A DNA stretch of 64,000 nucleotides from Octopus sinensis (taxonomy: Eukaryota): positions 56,916,001 through 56,980,000 of the forward strand of contig NC_043006.1 of the NCBI RefSeq assembly GCF_006345805.1, written 5' to 3'. The notes under the pieces were generated by a model. That model did not search any database and was not told where the DNA came from. It was given only the letters and a program-made list of their open reading frames with translations. Positions 41,270 through 54,513 of this stretch are shown one piece after another (position 1 is the stretch's first letter; each line of letters begins with the position of its first letter). Both the position numbers and the translations under genes were made by a program.

Positions 41270-41925
41270 GCAGAATGCAGTTGGGACATGAAAAAGCTTG
41301 CTACGCAATAAAGTTTTGTTAAACTGGGAAAAAACGCAATAGAAACTTAAAAACTCCAGACTTCTTATGGATTAACTTGTATGAACCTAGCATCTGCTTT
41401 TCATTGGCACAAAGCTTCAAGGACAGTAGGGGGAGATGACAGACCATGAGAGGTGTCTATGATCAGAGACAGAGTGTCCATTGGAAATATCCTGACTCCT
41501 CCAAACTCAAGGCCAGGCAAAGCAAGACTTCCGAGAAGCTCATGATGATCCCCTTTTCCGACAGCAAAGGCATCATCTACATCCACTGGGTTCTCTGTGG
41601 CCAGAAGGTCAACAAAGAATACTTTGTGGCAGTTTTGAGGGAGTTCAGAAAACAATTTCGACGCAAAATGATTAGAGCTCTTCTATTTGGATCAGTGGTA
41701 CCTGCATCAGGACCATGCACCAAGCCACACTTCCATTCTGGTAACACACTACTTGACAGAAAAGGGCATCAAAAAGCTGTCCCTCACCTTCCCTATAGTC
41801 CAGACCTTGCTCCTTGTGACTTCTAGTTGGTCCCCAAGCTGAAAGAGAACCTGAAGGCAGTCGTTCTGAAGACCTTGATAAGATGAAGGAGACTGTGACA
41901 AGAATCTTGGACATCTTCACAGGAA
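41270..41925 (+). pseudogene. Mariner (Tc1/mariner) transposase remnant
   Basis: FVKLGKNAIET, QSVHW, KLMMIPFSDSKGII, VNKEYF, PYSPDLAPCDF. Confidence 0.85.
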
Positions 41926-42663
41926 CATCAGTTCGCTGTAGCCATCTCCCTCCTCGCCAGTTTTTGTTTGTTTTGTATCGTTTTTTTTAGTGCATGCATT
42001 GCTTCGAGGAAGCTACGGCAGTTATAGATAGTGTCATTCCTTCTTCACTGAACCATGAAAAAAGTATAACAAAGTTATGAAAATATAATAATCCACTAAA
42101 AATATAATCGATTATATGGCTTTCTTTTATTTTATAAATCCCAGAAAGGGAATCTCAGAACGTAAAGGATCTTAAAATATGTGTTATTGAACTATGTTTA
42201 TTTATTCCCAACACTGAAGGAATAAGATAAGTTTAAATATTTTATAGACTCACTGTCGGTTCAATAAGAATGTAAGCACATTCTTTCTACACTATTGTTG
42301 TGCAGAGAAAAGAGGGATGTAGTCTCCTCGCGGACCGTTTCAAGATTTGTTGACAGCTCCTCAGCGAAGACATATCCAACTTCCTTCTTCAACCAAATGC
42401 ATTGACCAGATGTTTATGGAACAGTCAACATGTAAAATATGAGTTTTGCTTACTAATGCAATTTTTTAGAGGATTGGGTGTGACTCTGTGAAGTATATGA
42501 TGCATATTTATGTTAACTATTTTTTTTACCATATTCACAGCCAGGGGTGGAACTGCTATGAAACTAAAGAAGCCTGAGCGTCAAGTTCTTTATTCCCTGA
42601 GAGACTCCAGAAGTAATTTTAGTCACCATTGTTTAAAAATGTTAAGTCTACAGCATGAGAAGG

Positions 42664-42783
<120 letters not shown>

Positions 42784-43237
42784 AATAATCTGATGTAATT
42801 CAACACATGATAGTTTAGAATCCGAATTAAGTTGTAACAATATCATGTAAGTTAGCCGCATTCCAAAAACATTCAAATTTAGAATGTTTCCTCCTCAGTA
42901 TATTTAATACAAAATAATTATAAATAATATTAAATACTATGAATGCTAATGACAGAAATTAAAACTTTTATTAAAATTAGTTGTCGTAGGGTAGCTGAAA
43001 TAAAAAGAAACAACAAAACATAAAAGCATATTTTGTTGTTTGCATTGATTTTAAGGACATGTCGATAACTTTATTTATACAAATAAATGTTTAAAGCCTT
43101 AAAATATACTAATCATATATTGTAATGATTTTAGTCCTGAAAGATAAACACAGTAAAAGCAAAAAGAAACTACAAATTTCTAACTTCTTTGATAGTTACA
43201 AACAGTAGTTGATGTACTGCTTTACATAAAGATGGGA

Positions 43238-43792
43238 TTTCTTATTTCTTTATTGCCTAGAAGGGGCTAAACATAGAGGGGACAAACAAGGACAGACAAA
43301 CGGATTAAGTCGATCATATCGACCCCAGTGCGTAACTGGTACTTATTTAATCGACCCGGAAAGGATGAAAGGCAAAGTCGACCTCGGCGGAATTTGAACT
43401 CAGAACGTAGCGGCAGACGAAATATCCATTTCTTTACTACCCACAAGGGGCTAAACACAGAGAGGACAAACAAGGACAGACAAACGGATTAAGTCGATCA
43501 TATCGACCCCAGTGCGTAACTGGTACTTATTTAATCGACCCGGAAAGGATGAAAGGCAAAGTCGACCTCGGCGGAATTTGAACTCAGAACGTAGCGGCAG
43601 ACGAAATACCTATTTCTTTACTACCCACAAGGGGCTAAACACAGAGAGGACAAACAAGGACAGACAAACGGATTAAGTCGATCATATCGACCCCAGTGCG
43701 TAACTGGTACTTATTTAATCGACCCCGAAAGGATGAAAGACAAAGTCGACCTCGGCGGAATTTGAACTCCGAATGTAGCGGCAGACGAAATA
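43238..43792 (-). mobile_element. SINE family B, three tandem 184-bp bodies
   Basis: AGGGGCTAAAC recurs at ~43262, 43446 and 43630. Confidence 0.88.
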
Positions 43793-44493
43793 TTTTTGTC
43801 ATGGGCAGGAGGTACGAAGAGCCAACGTGAAATTTTGCATTAAACTTGGCAAGTCTGCTACAGAGACATTGAGCAAGCTTACGGCGACGAGGCAATGGAT
43901 CGTACGCAATGTTTCGAGTGGCGCTTCAAAAAGCACAATAGAGCCTCAGCTTAGTCAAAAGCATGTTCATCGTCTATTTCGATATCTGCGATATTGTTCA
44001 TCGAAAATTCGTTCCCCAGGACCAATCAAGAGTTCTACTGCGACGTTTTGAAGCGTTTGAAGAAGGTCATTCTGTGAAAGTGACCAGATATGTGGAGCGC
44101 CATGAATTGGATTCTTCATGACAACAGTGCACTCTTTCACGAGCTCTCATCATTCGTGCGTTTCCCGTCAAAAGCAACATGGTATCGCTTCCGCACCCGT
44201 TCTATTTGCAAGATTTAGCACCTACGGTCTTTCATCTCTTCTCCAAGATGAAAATACAGCTGAATGGTCACCGTATTAACACCGTTGTCGAGACCCAGAG
44301 CGAATCGCAGCAGGTCCTTGGCTCGATACGGAAAACTACTTCCAGACCGGATTCCAAAAGTAGCAGGAAAGCTGAGGACGGTGTATTGCTGTACAAGGAG
44401 AATATTTCGAAGGAGATCATGTTAAAACTAAGTAAATGAGTTATTTTTTTATTAAACATAAATAGTCCTGGAGCTTTGTGATACTACTTCGTA
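43793..44493 (+). pseudogene. Mariner transposase remnant with a probable 3' terminus
   Basis: KFCIKLGKSATETL, LPHPFYLQDLAP..FHLFSKMK. Confidence 0.8.
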
Positions 44494-45739
44494 CAACATT
44501 GTTATTGAAGTGGAATAATTTTGATCAAGTATTATGTGCACCGACTGCCACAGGGAACACTGAATAAACATATTCCTTTAATTGATTTGAACTGACAAGA
44601 TTAGGTCAACGTGTTTTATAATTTTGACTACTTACAAGCAAACACAGATATTATTGTTTACAATAATGTTTTATGGGTTCACATATAGATGTATGTATGA
44701 GAAATTTATGAACTCTTTTTTTATGGTGCAGCCCGAAAACTACAAAGGTACAGAAAGTGATTGCGGTACTTTGAAAAACCACCAAGACAAAAGAAAAGAA
44801 ATTATGTTCTGACTGGAGACTTAACGCAAATGTTAATAGCGGAGCGGCCTCCGTTAAAGTTAGCCAAAGGATATGTGGTAGTGTTGATCAGGGTAACAGA
44901 TTAATTCTAGAAAATGATTGGGACATATTGAGAGAAGTGTTCAAATACCATCAAATTTTAAGTAACTTATGCATTTGACATTGACTTCTAAGCATTTGTT
45001 GAAATGAAAGACAATCGATTATATAGACAGACAAACTAATGGAAAACAGTGTATTACTGGTATTTATTTTGTCGACTTCGTTTAGGATGATATGCAAAGA
45101 AAATTTTGGCTCTGATTTGGAACTGACACAAAATTAAATGATATTTTACTGTCTCGGTACTAGTAATCAAAATTATATGTGGCTATATGAGGTAAAAAAA
45201 AACACCATGGCCTACTCCTTGGAATTTTAATAGTTTTGTCTTATAGGGTCACCAATGCTTTCCGTCTGTTCAGATATCGTTATAGAAACAACAATGAACC
45301 GATATCGACGCCTAAGCACCCACTCCCCCCCCCCAATCTAAGTGTTTAGTAAAAATAAATCTACAAAAATTAATCAAAGTAAATGAACAATATTACATTT
45401 CATTCTGCATGCTCTGTTATAGACCTATAAGGAATTTCATGAATTTAGATAATTTTGTCGAGAGGAAAAGAGGAATATCACGTTTCGTGAGTGCTCATCC
45501 ATCTGAGAGAAAAAAAAAGTTTTCACTTTTTCCACGTATTACTATCATCATCACTATCACCCCCGCCACCATCACTACCACCATCATCATTATCCTCATC
45601 CTCATCATCATCATCATCACGTCCACTTTTTCATGCTTGCATGGGTCACAAGTTGAATAGATATATTTTCGGTTCGACCATCGAGTGAAGGTAACGGGCC
45701 CTATCTATAGGGTCAATTTAATGGTAGATTGGTGTGGAT

Positions 45740-46030
45740 CCTGGTGGATTAGTTTGTTCATTCGATACTCATTGAACTGAAAATTTCAACTGGAACGTAG
45801 AGACTCCTCGAAGTGTTAAAGCCATTTATATGCATTTCTTTCAGTATTAGCGATTTCTTTGTACGTAGCCTAAATATCTCGAGCAGCTTTGGCAATTTGG
45901 AACCTTGATTGAAAACGATGAGAAGAAGGTGTCGAAAATTTTCATACCTTTCTACTTGCCATTCCATTGTCAAATGTTTGAAAAGAGGTAAAATTATTCA
46001 AATTTCAAAAACGATAAACTTGAATTATAG
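45740..46030 (-). pseudogene. Mariner N-terminal remnant
   Basis: ENFRHLLLIVFNQG resembles the mariner N-terminal HFRHILLFYF..G motif. Confidence 0.55.
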
Positions 46031-46525
46031 AGGAAGAATACAGCTACAAATAAAATATAAAACGCTACAATAAAAATATTTTCCGTGTTAATTCAAACAA
46101 CAGTAAAAAGAAACGAATGAATTTGTTTGGCAATTCAATACATAAAGTCATCTCACTGTATCCATCCACTGAATCTACTCACAAGGCTTCGGTCAGCCCG
46201 GAGCTGTAGTAGAAGACTGAACACAAAATGTTGTAAGTGGGAAACGAAATTTTTAACAACACAACCATGCCTTTGAATTTTGTTACTCGCAACGTTATAC
46301 CATCAAACATTATTGTGATGTCGCTTGTTCCATATTACAAACCGTAATTTTGTCTTTATTATCCTTCAGACATGCTTCTAACTTCTGTTAGGCTTCAAAG
46401 GATAAAACAGAATATGAAGAAATATAAGTCTCACGGGTTTTATTTTACGAGTTGATTGATAATTAATTGATTTCCCAATGAATTAAATGACACTATTATT
46501 TTATTATTTTTATTTTTTTATTCAG

Positions 46526-46718
46526 ATTAAGGAAATACTGTGCCTTTCCGTACATACTTTACCGCCAGAGAACAAGTTCTATCTTAACTGTGTTATGCAT
46601 TTGTTCAGTGAGTTTATATTTACTAAATATCAGACATTCACCTCCAGGAAACGAAAATGCCCTCACATATGATGCTCCCCCCTTGGGTCCGTTTGACTGT
46701 GCAGCGCTTATAAGACAG
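46526..46718 (+). CDS. GCNT: GCNT-family beta-1,6-GlcNAc transferase: transmembrane/stem exon (start codon in an upstream exon)
   Basis: Acceptor TTTTATTCAG|, donor CAG|GTAAAT in phase 0. Reads LRKYCAFPYILYRQRTSSILTVLCICSVSLYLLNI...FDCAALIRQ, a type II membrane anchor plus the conserved stem Cys. A candidate ATG at 46414 with phase-2 donors at 46428 or 46437 is unverified. Confidence 0.7.
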
Positions 46719-48595
46719 GTAAATATCTTTGTTTGTTTAACCTTTGACCTCATCTATTTCAAACCCTCAGCCTTCGTACAATAGGTTCAAACGTTTTCGT
46801 GTTGAAAACTATCTGGAAGCAACTTCGAAAAGGCATTACCTTCTCATTCTAAACGACAACAAAACAACATTTCTAATTTGTACAGTAATCTATCACTCTA
46901 GACGCTATTTATGACTAATTCTGATGTCTAGTTCTTATCGTTGTTGTCTGCTAGTAATTCCTACGTTTTATGGGTCTTCTCTTATCTTTTATGCTATTAG
47001 TCTCTAATCTTCTTTGCTGTGTCTCTCGTAGCTCCTATATTATCCATTGATTACCACCAATATTATATGTCAATTATTTGTTCTCATATATTGCTATTAG
47101 GGTTAAACAAATTCGCCTTCTAACTATTAAAAGACAACGAAAATTAAATGGATTGGTCATACGGGTGCTCGATAGTAAACAAAAAAAAAACGACATAATT
47201 GAAACAATAATTTTTGTTTAAAAGCCAATACAAGTAGCGTGAATAACACCAATAACAGCACAATTTTTTTGCAACAGTCGTAGCTCATAACGAGCTCCTC
47301 GATATGGAGTAGCTCTTGAAAAAAAAAAAGATAAAATACAGACGTGGTATGTTGAGAAAAATAGTATCTTCTTGCTCAGTTTTCCCCATGATTAGCAAGA
47401 AGGAGTTTCCATATACACTCTAAAATAAACAGAGAGAGGGTTGTAGCCGATGTGTGTCAGAAATTTTGATCTCTTGACTAAAGCAGTCATTTGGAAGAAT
47501 GTGCTTTTGTTTAAGTTCAAGATGAGTTGCAGAAGTAAGGACAAACCGTGTGCTATAGGCTTACCTATTGGGTCGTGCCGCAATATATAGGAAAAGAATA
47601 TAATGATAACAGCCAGAGATATTGATACCAACATTGAATCTTGGTTTGTCATCACCTTCGCAGTATCATTGTAAAAACGGGCAAAATGTGTTATAAACAT
47701 ATATAAAATACGATGTATGATAACAACCTAACAAAATAGCCTTAAAGGAGATTATATTGCTAGGTCGTTGTCCGATTTTGCATATAAGTATTGGTACATT
47801 ACAAGTAGACATAGCAATTGAAATTGGCAAGGGCTGGGTAACCAAAGTTGATGTGGTCAATTATATCAGTTTACTTATTGCATTCTATTTTATTTATGCG
47901 CCCTTTTCAAGCCTAGCCAGGATCATGGGCCCGGTTTCTCGGTTTCTATGGCGTATGTGTTCCCTCCAGCTGGACGGGACGCCAGTCTATCGCAGCGTTA
48001 CTCAAGAAACAGTGAGAGAAAGTTGGGACGAAAGAGTACAACAAGGGTCGCCACCACCCCCTGCTTATATATATAAGCAAACTTTAGGTTTCTTCTCAGT
48101 AACTGCAGTACTACAGTGAATTTGCCTTAAAGTTGAAATATACCACTAACATATTTTAACTAACCTAAAGTTCACTTATGCCTAAAAATGCTTGGATTTC
48201 TCCTAACCTGGCGGCCTATTGGCGCAACTGAATCAATGTTGTTGACTATGTTTTAGCTAATGCTATGGCTTTAGATCTGCCCAGAGATACCTCTCTTCAG
48301 TATTTCCCATTGACAGCGGTTAAAGAAGTAGAAACACTGCGTCTGGGAATTCGTCAGGGTTAAACATTGAGTAGATATGGTGTTTTTAAACCTTTTACCA
48401 TAAGAGACAATATTTTCTCCGTGGTAACTGCAGTGAATTTGCCATTTAAAGTTGAAATATGCTATAAACGTATTTTTACTAGCCTAAAGTTTGCTTATGT
48501 TTAAACACTGATACTGCTGAATGTGTGTGTATGTGTGTGTGTGTGTGTGTGTCTTTCATCTGCTTAGCTTTAAATCCATTTTCTTTTCTCGCCAG

Positions 48596-49137
48596 GATGA
48601 ATTTGCTTCATCGAATGCAGAAACATACTCTACTTTACATCCGCATGTTTCATTACCTAACGGAGAATATGCTAAAAACCTGTGTCAAAATTGTGATGAA
48701 TTTCGGAAACGTGGCAGGTATATCTCTATGAATAATGTTACAAAAGAAGAAAAAGACTTTCCTCTTGCTTATTCCATCGTACTTTACAAAGAACCCGATC
48801 AAGTTGAAAACTTACTGAGGGCCATTTACCGTCCACACAATTATTATTGCATTCACGTTGATAAAAGTTCTGATCCTTTGATATTGAGTGACATGGAAGC
48901 GATAGCAAAGTGTTTACCTAATGTTTACATTGCATCTCGCATTATCGACGTTCAATGGGGACAATTTTCTGAAACTGAAGCAGAGTTAATCTGCATGAAG
49001 GATTTATTAAAATATAAAAAATGGAAGTATTTCATAAACTTAACGGGACAGGAATATCCGTTGAAAACCAATCTACAGATTGTACGTATTGCTAAAGCGT
49101 TTAAAGGAGCGAACGATATTGCTGGAGTACGTGGAAA
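48596..49137 (+). CDS. GCNT: GCNT-family glycosyltransferase (GT14, Branch domain), main exon
   Basis: EEKDFPLAYSIVLYK, LLRAIYRPHNYYCIHVDK, KWKYFINLTGQEYPLKTN. Acceptor TCGCCAG| in phase 0, donor AA|GTAAGT in phase 2. Confidence 0.95.
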
Positions 49138-49718
49138 GTAAGTATTACTCTTTGATCGTATAGTTTTGCTGTTTTTGCAGTTTTCTATACTGCATTCCTA
49201 AACTGAAAGTTTTTCTTACTATTGTATAAAACAGGGGGACGAGTAAGAAGAGGCATATATATATATATACACACAAGTATATTAAGTATATGATTTACAT
49301 TATAGGAAGAAGTTCGACAAATTCAATTACAATTTTCGTAAATCATATTTTTGAGAACATATAGACATGTACGTGTGTATATGTATATATATATATATAT
49401 AAGGAAATTTTATTTTATAAGTATGATAATTTACTTAATACAGGTGAAGAGCGCAAAATAAAATGCAGACATAGGTTACTTTACCTATATAATAAGTTTC
49501 ATGATAAATAATAATTTTTTAATAACATTAATAGCTCCCTATTAAAGGTTACTTTAGTTATAAATTTTATGTTTAGAGTACCATTATAATTCTTTAGTTA
49601 TGTAGTTTAGGTTTTAATTATAGTTAGGCTATAATTGGTATTTCTTTGTATTAATTAATTTATTATTAATGTATATTAATATATAACTGTTTATGGAATA
49701 TTGAGTCTGATCTGAAAT

Positions 49719-49764
49719 CCACCTGATGAATGCCCTTTGAAGAGACATGAAACAATTGTAGTGG
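49719..49764 (+). ncRNA. Intact minimal type I hammerhead in the GCNT intron, sense orientation
   Basis: CCAC-CTGATGA-ATG...CAT-GAAA-C-AATT-G-TA-GTGG. Confidence 0.8.
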
Positions 49765-49950
49765 CGAATTTAAATTTATTTCCTTTATATTAAAATTTTT
49801 TTATGTATCGGATTAAGTCTTTCTTTGTTTGATTTGCAAAATAGTGGTTTTGTCTCTAATTAATATTATATAATATTTTACTATAAAATTGGATTCAATC
49901 CTAAATCTGATTTTTCCCTGTAAATTTGGATTTATTCCCTAATATTTATA

Positions 49951-50010
<60 letters not shown>

Positions 50011-50034
50011 CATGCCTATATGCTTTTTATATAT

Positions 50035-50204
50035 AGGAGCGGCTGTGTCGTAAGTAGCTTGCTTTCCAACCACATGGTCCCGGGTTCAGTCCCACCGCAT
50101 GGTACCTTGGGCAAGTGTCTTCAACTATAACCTCGAGCCGACCAAAGCCTTGTGAGGGGATTTGGTGGATGGAAACTGAAAGAAGCCCGTCGTATGTGTA
50201 TGTA

Positions 50205-50242
<38 letters not shown>

Positions 50243-50435
50243 GTTTGTCCTCCCACTATCGCATGACACCCAATACTGGTGTGTTTACGTCCCCGTAACT
50301 TGGCGGTTCGGCTAAAGTGACCGATAGAATAACTACTAGGCTTACCAAGAATAAGTCCTGGGGTCGATTTGCTCGACTAAAGGCGTTGCTCGGCCGCAGT
50401 CAAATAACTGAAACAAGTAAAAGAATAAAAGAATA
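50035..50435 (+). mobile_element. Full-length SINE family A: tRNA head, internal (GT)n and LINE-like tail
   Basis: Head with GGGTTCAGTCCCAC, microsatellite at ~50200-50240, tail GGCCGCAGTCAAATAACTGAAACAAGTAAAAGAATAAAAGAATA. Confidence 0.85.
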
Positions 50436-50440
50436 TACAC

Positions 50441-50550
<110 letters not shown>

Positions 50551-51496
50551 GTATGTATATATATTATATTAAATTAGGGGATTTGGTGGATGGAAACTGA
50601 AAGAAGTCCGTCGTATGTGTATGTATATATATAAAAATTATCGTAATTATCTTAATTCTAATATTTATATACATTTATATATTTTCATTGATAATTTATA
50701 TATTATTCAAATATGTATTTAATAGTATGAATAGTCATTTTTTTTTTTTGTAAAATATTTTTGCAATTAAATATTGACTATAACTGATATTAGATTATTT
50801 GTGGATTTCTTAGCTTAAAAATTAATACTTAAAAATTAAAAATTAATATTTAACATTATAATCGATTGTATGACATAATTATAATCGTTAAGTTTCTACT
50901 TTGATAATAGAGCTTTTTATAAGAAAAATTATTATTTTATTTATTTCTTATAAAATATTGTTTAAATATTTCTGATTATTTATTTAAATATTATAATTAA
51001 CCTAAAGATTGACTATAACCATAATTCGAATTATTAATTGAATTTAAATTATTGCTATTCGAATTGGTTTATGGGCATGAAACGATCGTAGTAGTTTTAC
51101 TCTTTATCTTCTATTAGACTTTTAATATTTTTTGATAGTTATATTTAAAAATAAAAAATAAAAATTTTAAATAATATATATATATATATATATTTATTTA
51201 TATATATATTTAAAATTTTATAAGTATTAATTATTAATTTAAATAATTTTCTAAATTTTAACTTTAATTTAAATATTTTAGATTTTGAATTTTATATTTT
51301 ATATATTCTTTATTAATTAATTTTATTTCTATGTATTGGTTTATGATTTTCACTGTTTGATTTGCCTAATAGTAGTTTTATCTCTAATTTAATATAATAT
51401 ATATATATATATTTATACTATAAAATTAGACTTAATCCTAAATCTAATTTTTCCCTGTAAGTTTGGATTTACTCCCTAATATTATTATTATTATTA

Positions 51497-51544
<48 letters not shown>

Positions 51545-51559
51545 AGAGAGAGAGAGAGA

Positions 51560-51700
51560 AAGGAGGTAATCAAAACTGGGACATGAACTATTTATTTAGC
51601 GCTTTCGTCCCGATAATGCATTCATCATGAATGATGAATCCCTCAAAGAGACGTAAACACTAAATAAATAGTACTTATCGAACGCCTGATTACCTTCTAC
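51560..51700. repeat. Degenerate inverted repeat with HHR remnants
   Basis: AGGTAATCA...ACTATTTATTTAG versus CTAAATAAATAGT...TGATTACCT. The minus arm has TGATGA...GACGAAAGCGCTA. Confidence 0.55.
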
Positions 51701-52069
51701 TTAATATACCAAATCAGTACACCACCTCAGACAGTCTACACTCACCCGCTCACTTCCGCACACACACACACACACACATGTATGTATCTCCCACTCTCTT
51801 TGTGTGTCTTGTGTGTATGTGTGTGTGTGTGCATTTGTGCCTATGTTGTCAAGCCATCGCTTGACAACCAGTATTGGTGTGTTTGCGTCCCAGTAACTTG
51901 GCGATTCGACAAAAGAAACCGTTAGAATAAGTACCGGGCTTTAAAAAATAGGCACTTAGCTGCTTCTTGCAATGCATACCAATACAGACATCTAAAGGAA
52001 ATTTATTTCAAGGTCTTTGTATCTATTTAACCTTCTTCTTCTTCTTCTTCTTCTTCTTCTTCTCTTCTT

Positions 52070-52440
52070 CTTCTTCTTCGTTCAAATTCCGCTGAGATCA
52101 ACTTCACTTTTCATCGTTTCAGGATCGATGAACTAAGTACCAGTGAAGCACTGGGGTCGATGTAATCGACAAGTCCCCTCCCCATAAATTTCAGGCCTTG
52201 TGCCTATAGTAGAAAGGATTATTGTTATTAAGGCGGCGAGCTGGCAGAATCATTAGCACGCCAGGCGAAATGTTTAGTTGTATTTCGTCTGCCGATGCGT
52301 TCTGAGTTCAAATTCCGCTGAGGTCGACTTTGCTTTTTATCTTTTCGAAGTCGATTAATTAAGTACTAGTTGAGTATTGGGGTCGGAGTAATCGACTAGT
52401 CCCCCTTTCCCAAGAATTTCAGGCCTTGTACCTATAGTAT
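52070..52440 (+). mobile_element. Two SINE family B-related copies
   Basis: TTCAAATTCCGCTGAG, and GGCGGCGAGCTGGCAGAATCATTAGCACGCC at ~52232. Confidence 0.75.
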
Positions 52441-52534
52441 AAAGGATTATTATTATTATTATTATGTGTGTGTGTAATACAAAAAAGGGACAACAAAACA
52501 TCCAGATAGACGGTACAAAGAAAACAAGGACGGG

Positions 52535-52615
52535 TCATTCGGAGCTTTCTTTCCTCAGTCGAGTTCCAGATTATCTTTGCAATTTCGGCTGGTTATACTC
52601 GAGATTGCTCCAATG
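52535..52615 (-). ncRNA. Candidate non-circularly permuted hammerhead, homolog of 31151-31223
   Basis: Minus strand: GCAAU-C-UCGAG | AGCC-GAAA-UUGC | CUCGA-CUGAGGA. An outer helix CAUUGGAG/CUCCGAAUG is possible. Confidence 0.55.
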
Positions 52616-52944
52616 TGGCCAGTCCCAAGAAAAAACTAAGTTAAGAGCATTAGATTCCTTGGAAGAAAGCAGCGAATGTATACGAAAACAAGGACGGAAA
52701 AAAACGGAGAATGTTACACGAATACAAATAACAGGACATAACAACAGGTGTCTTTCGACTGACGACGAATTAAATTAAGCTGGCCTGTGCGGAAATAAAG
52801 CCTTACGGTAGGGATACAAGATTTCACAGACACAGGGAGGAACACAGATGTTGCACAGACGACGGCCGAACCAAGAAAGAAAGATCAAGCTTGACCGAAC
52901 ACTGGTCATGCGGGGAGAGGAGATAGGTTGAGGCAGAACAACGA

Positions 52945-53102
52945 GCTTCTTTCAGTTTCCGACTACCAAATCCACTCACAAGGCTTTGGTCGGCCCGATG
53001 CTATAGTAGAAGATACTTGCCCAAGGTGCCACGCAGTGGGACTGAACCCGAAACAATGTGGTTGGTAAGCAAGCTACTTACCACACAACCATTCCTGCGC
53101 CT
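52945..53102 (-). mobile_element. SINE family A head
   Basis: Reverse complement of the family A head. Confidence 0.8.
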
Positions 53103-53609
53103 ATTTGCATTATCTTAAAAAAACAATTTATAGCTTCCAATGTCTTCGTCATTCTACACTTGTTTTCATTAAGTCCAATCTACTATACGTTTTGTCTATA
53201 TGACTTCGTAATTCTGTGTTAGAACGACCATACTTCTTATTACTTCTTCTATTATCCAGTTTAGCTACACTTTCCAGCATAACTTTGAAACTCCTTCTAG
53301 AATGTTTCTCTCTTGTGGTTCGACTCTTCGTATACATAATTGTTGGTGATTCTAATCGGCATTTATGAATTAATTATACAATCTTTGTTTTAAAGATTCA
53401 TTGACTTCTATAAATTTACAAATTTTACATTGCCTTTGCTTAATATGCACAGATATATCATTTGATATCATATCACGTGAATCTGAATGTCCCTCTTATA
53501 GGATACAAAATTATATATCGCATGTGTGTCCTTAAATTTCAGGCACTTTAGTAACTAAGAATCTTAACTACTCATTCCAGGTCATAAAAAAATAATAAAT
53601 GCGCCCTTT

Positions 53610-53868
53610 TTAAAGCTTAGACAGGCTCATGGGCCCAGTTTCCCGATTTCAATGGCGTATGTGTTCCCCAGTTGGACGGGACGCCAGTCCATCGCAGCAT
53701 TACTCATTTTTGCCAGCTGAGTGGGCTGGAGCAACGTGAAATGAAGTGTTTTGCTCAAGAACACAACGCGTCGCCCGGTCCAGGAATCGAAACCACAATC
53801 TTACGATCATGATGCTGACACCCTAACCACTAAGCCACGCGCCTCCACATTCCAGGTCATCCGATTAA
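53610..53868 (-). mobile_element. tRNA-derived SINE, family C
   Basis: Minus strand GTGGAGGCGCGTGGCTTAGTGGTTAGGGTG...GGTTTCGATTCC. Related copies at ~47900-48030 and 59250-59400. Confidence 0.75.
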
Positions 53869-53977
53869 ATAAATTGTTTTTAGTACATCTGTGGTCATAT
53901 GATGTCTCGTTCTTTCCAGCCCTACGCCTAGGTAACTGGTGTGTGTATGTGTGTTTGTGTGTGTGTTAAGGGACATG

Positions 53978-54310
53978 GGTGTTAAAGGGCATGGCTCAGT
54001 AGCTAGAGCGTCGAGCTCACAATCATGAGATAGTAGGTTTGATTCCCGAGCCGAGCAGTGCATTGAGTTCTTGAGCAAGGAATATTATTTCACGTCGCTC
54101 TACTTTACTTAGCGGTAGAAATGAGTTGCTACGTCACTGGTGCCAAGCTGTATCGGCTTTGCTTTTCCCTTCAATAACATCGGTGGCGTGATGAGGGAAA
54201 GCTGGTATGCATAGGCGACTACTAGTCTTCCATAAACAACCTTGCCCGGACTTGTACCTCGGATGGTAACTTTCTACAAGCAATCTCATGATCATTTATG
54301 ACCGAAGGTC
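53978..54310 (+). mobile_element. tRNA-derived SINE
   Basis: GCATGGCTCAGTAGCTAGAGCG (A-box) and GGTTTGATTCC (B-box). Confidence 0.7.
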
Positions 54311-54481
54311 TTTTATACACACACACACACATACACACACACACACACACATACACACACACACACTCACACAAACATACATATTGTCAGTAGTTCATAT
54401 ATTCGAAAATGAAGCACACTCTTAAAACATTAGAGTGGTAACATATTCAGAAAGTTGTTTGTTATGACCTGTTAGAATGAC

Positions 54482-54513
<32 letters not shown>

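Noticed and set aside
42320-42375. Minus-strand CTGAGGA...GAAACGGTC
   Set aside because: Stem II does not pair and stem I has only 2 good pairs. At best a decayed remnant.
43238-43792. Regular repeats as a CRISPR-like array
   Set aside because: The units are whole 184-bp SINE bodies without unique spacers, in a eukaryotic context with no cas genes.
47392-47700. 102-aa minus-strand ORF with a hydrophobic stretch
   Set aside because: It lies antisense in a GCNT intron, has no recognisable motif or supporting splice structure, and hydrophobicity is expected from AT-rich DNA.
51076-51094. CAT-GAAAC-GATC-GTA-GTAG
   Set aside because: This is only the 3' half of a hammerhead. The CUGANGA strand is absent.
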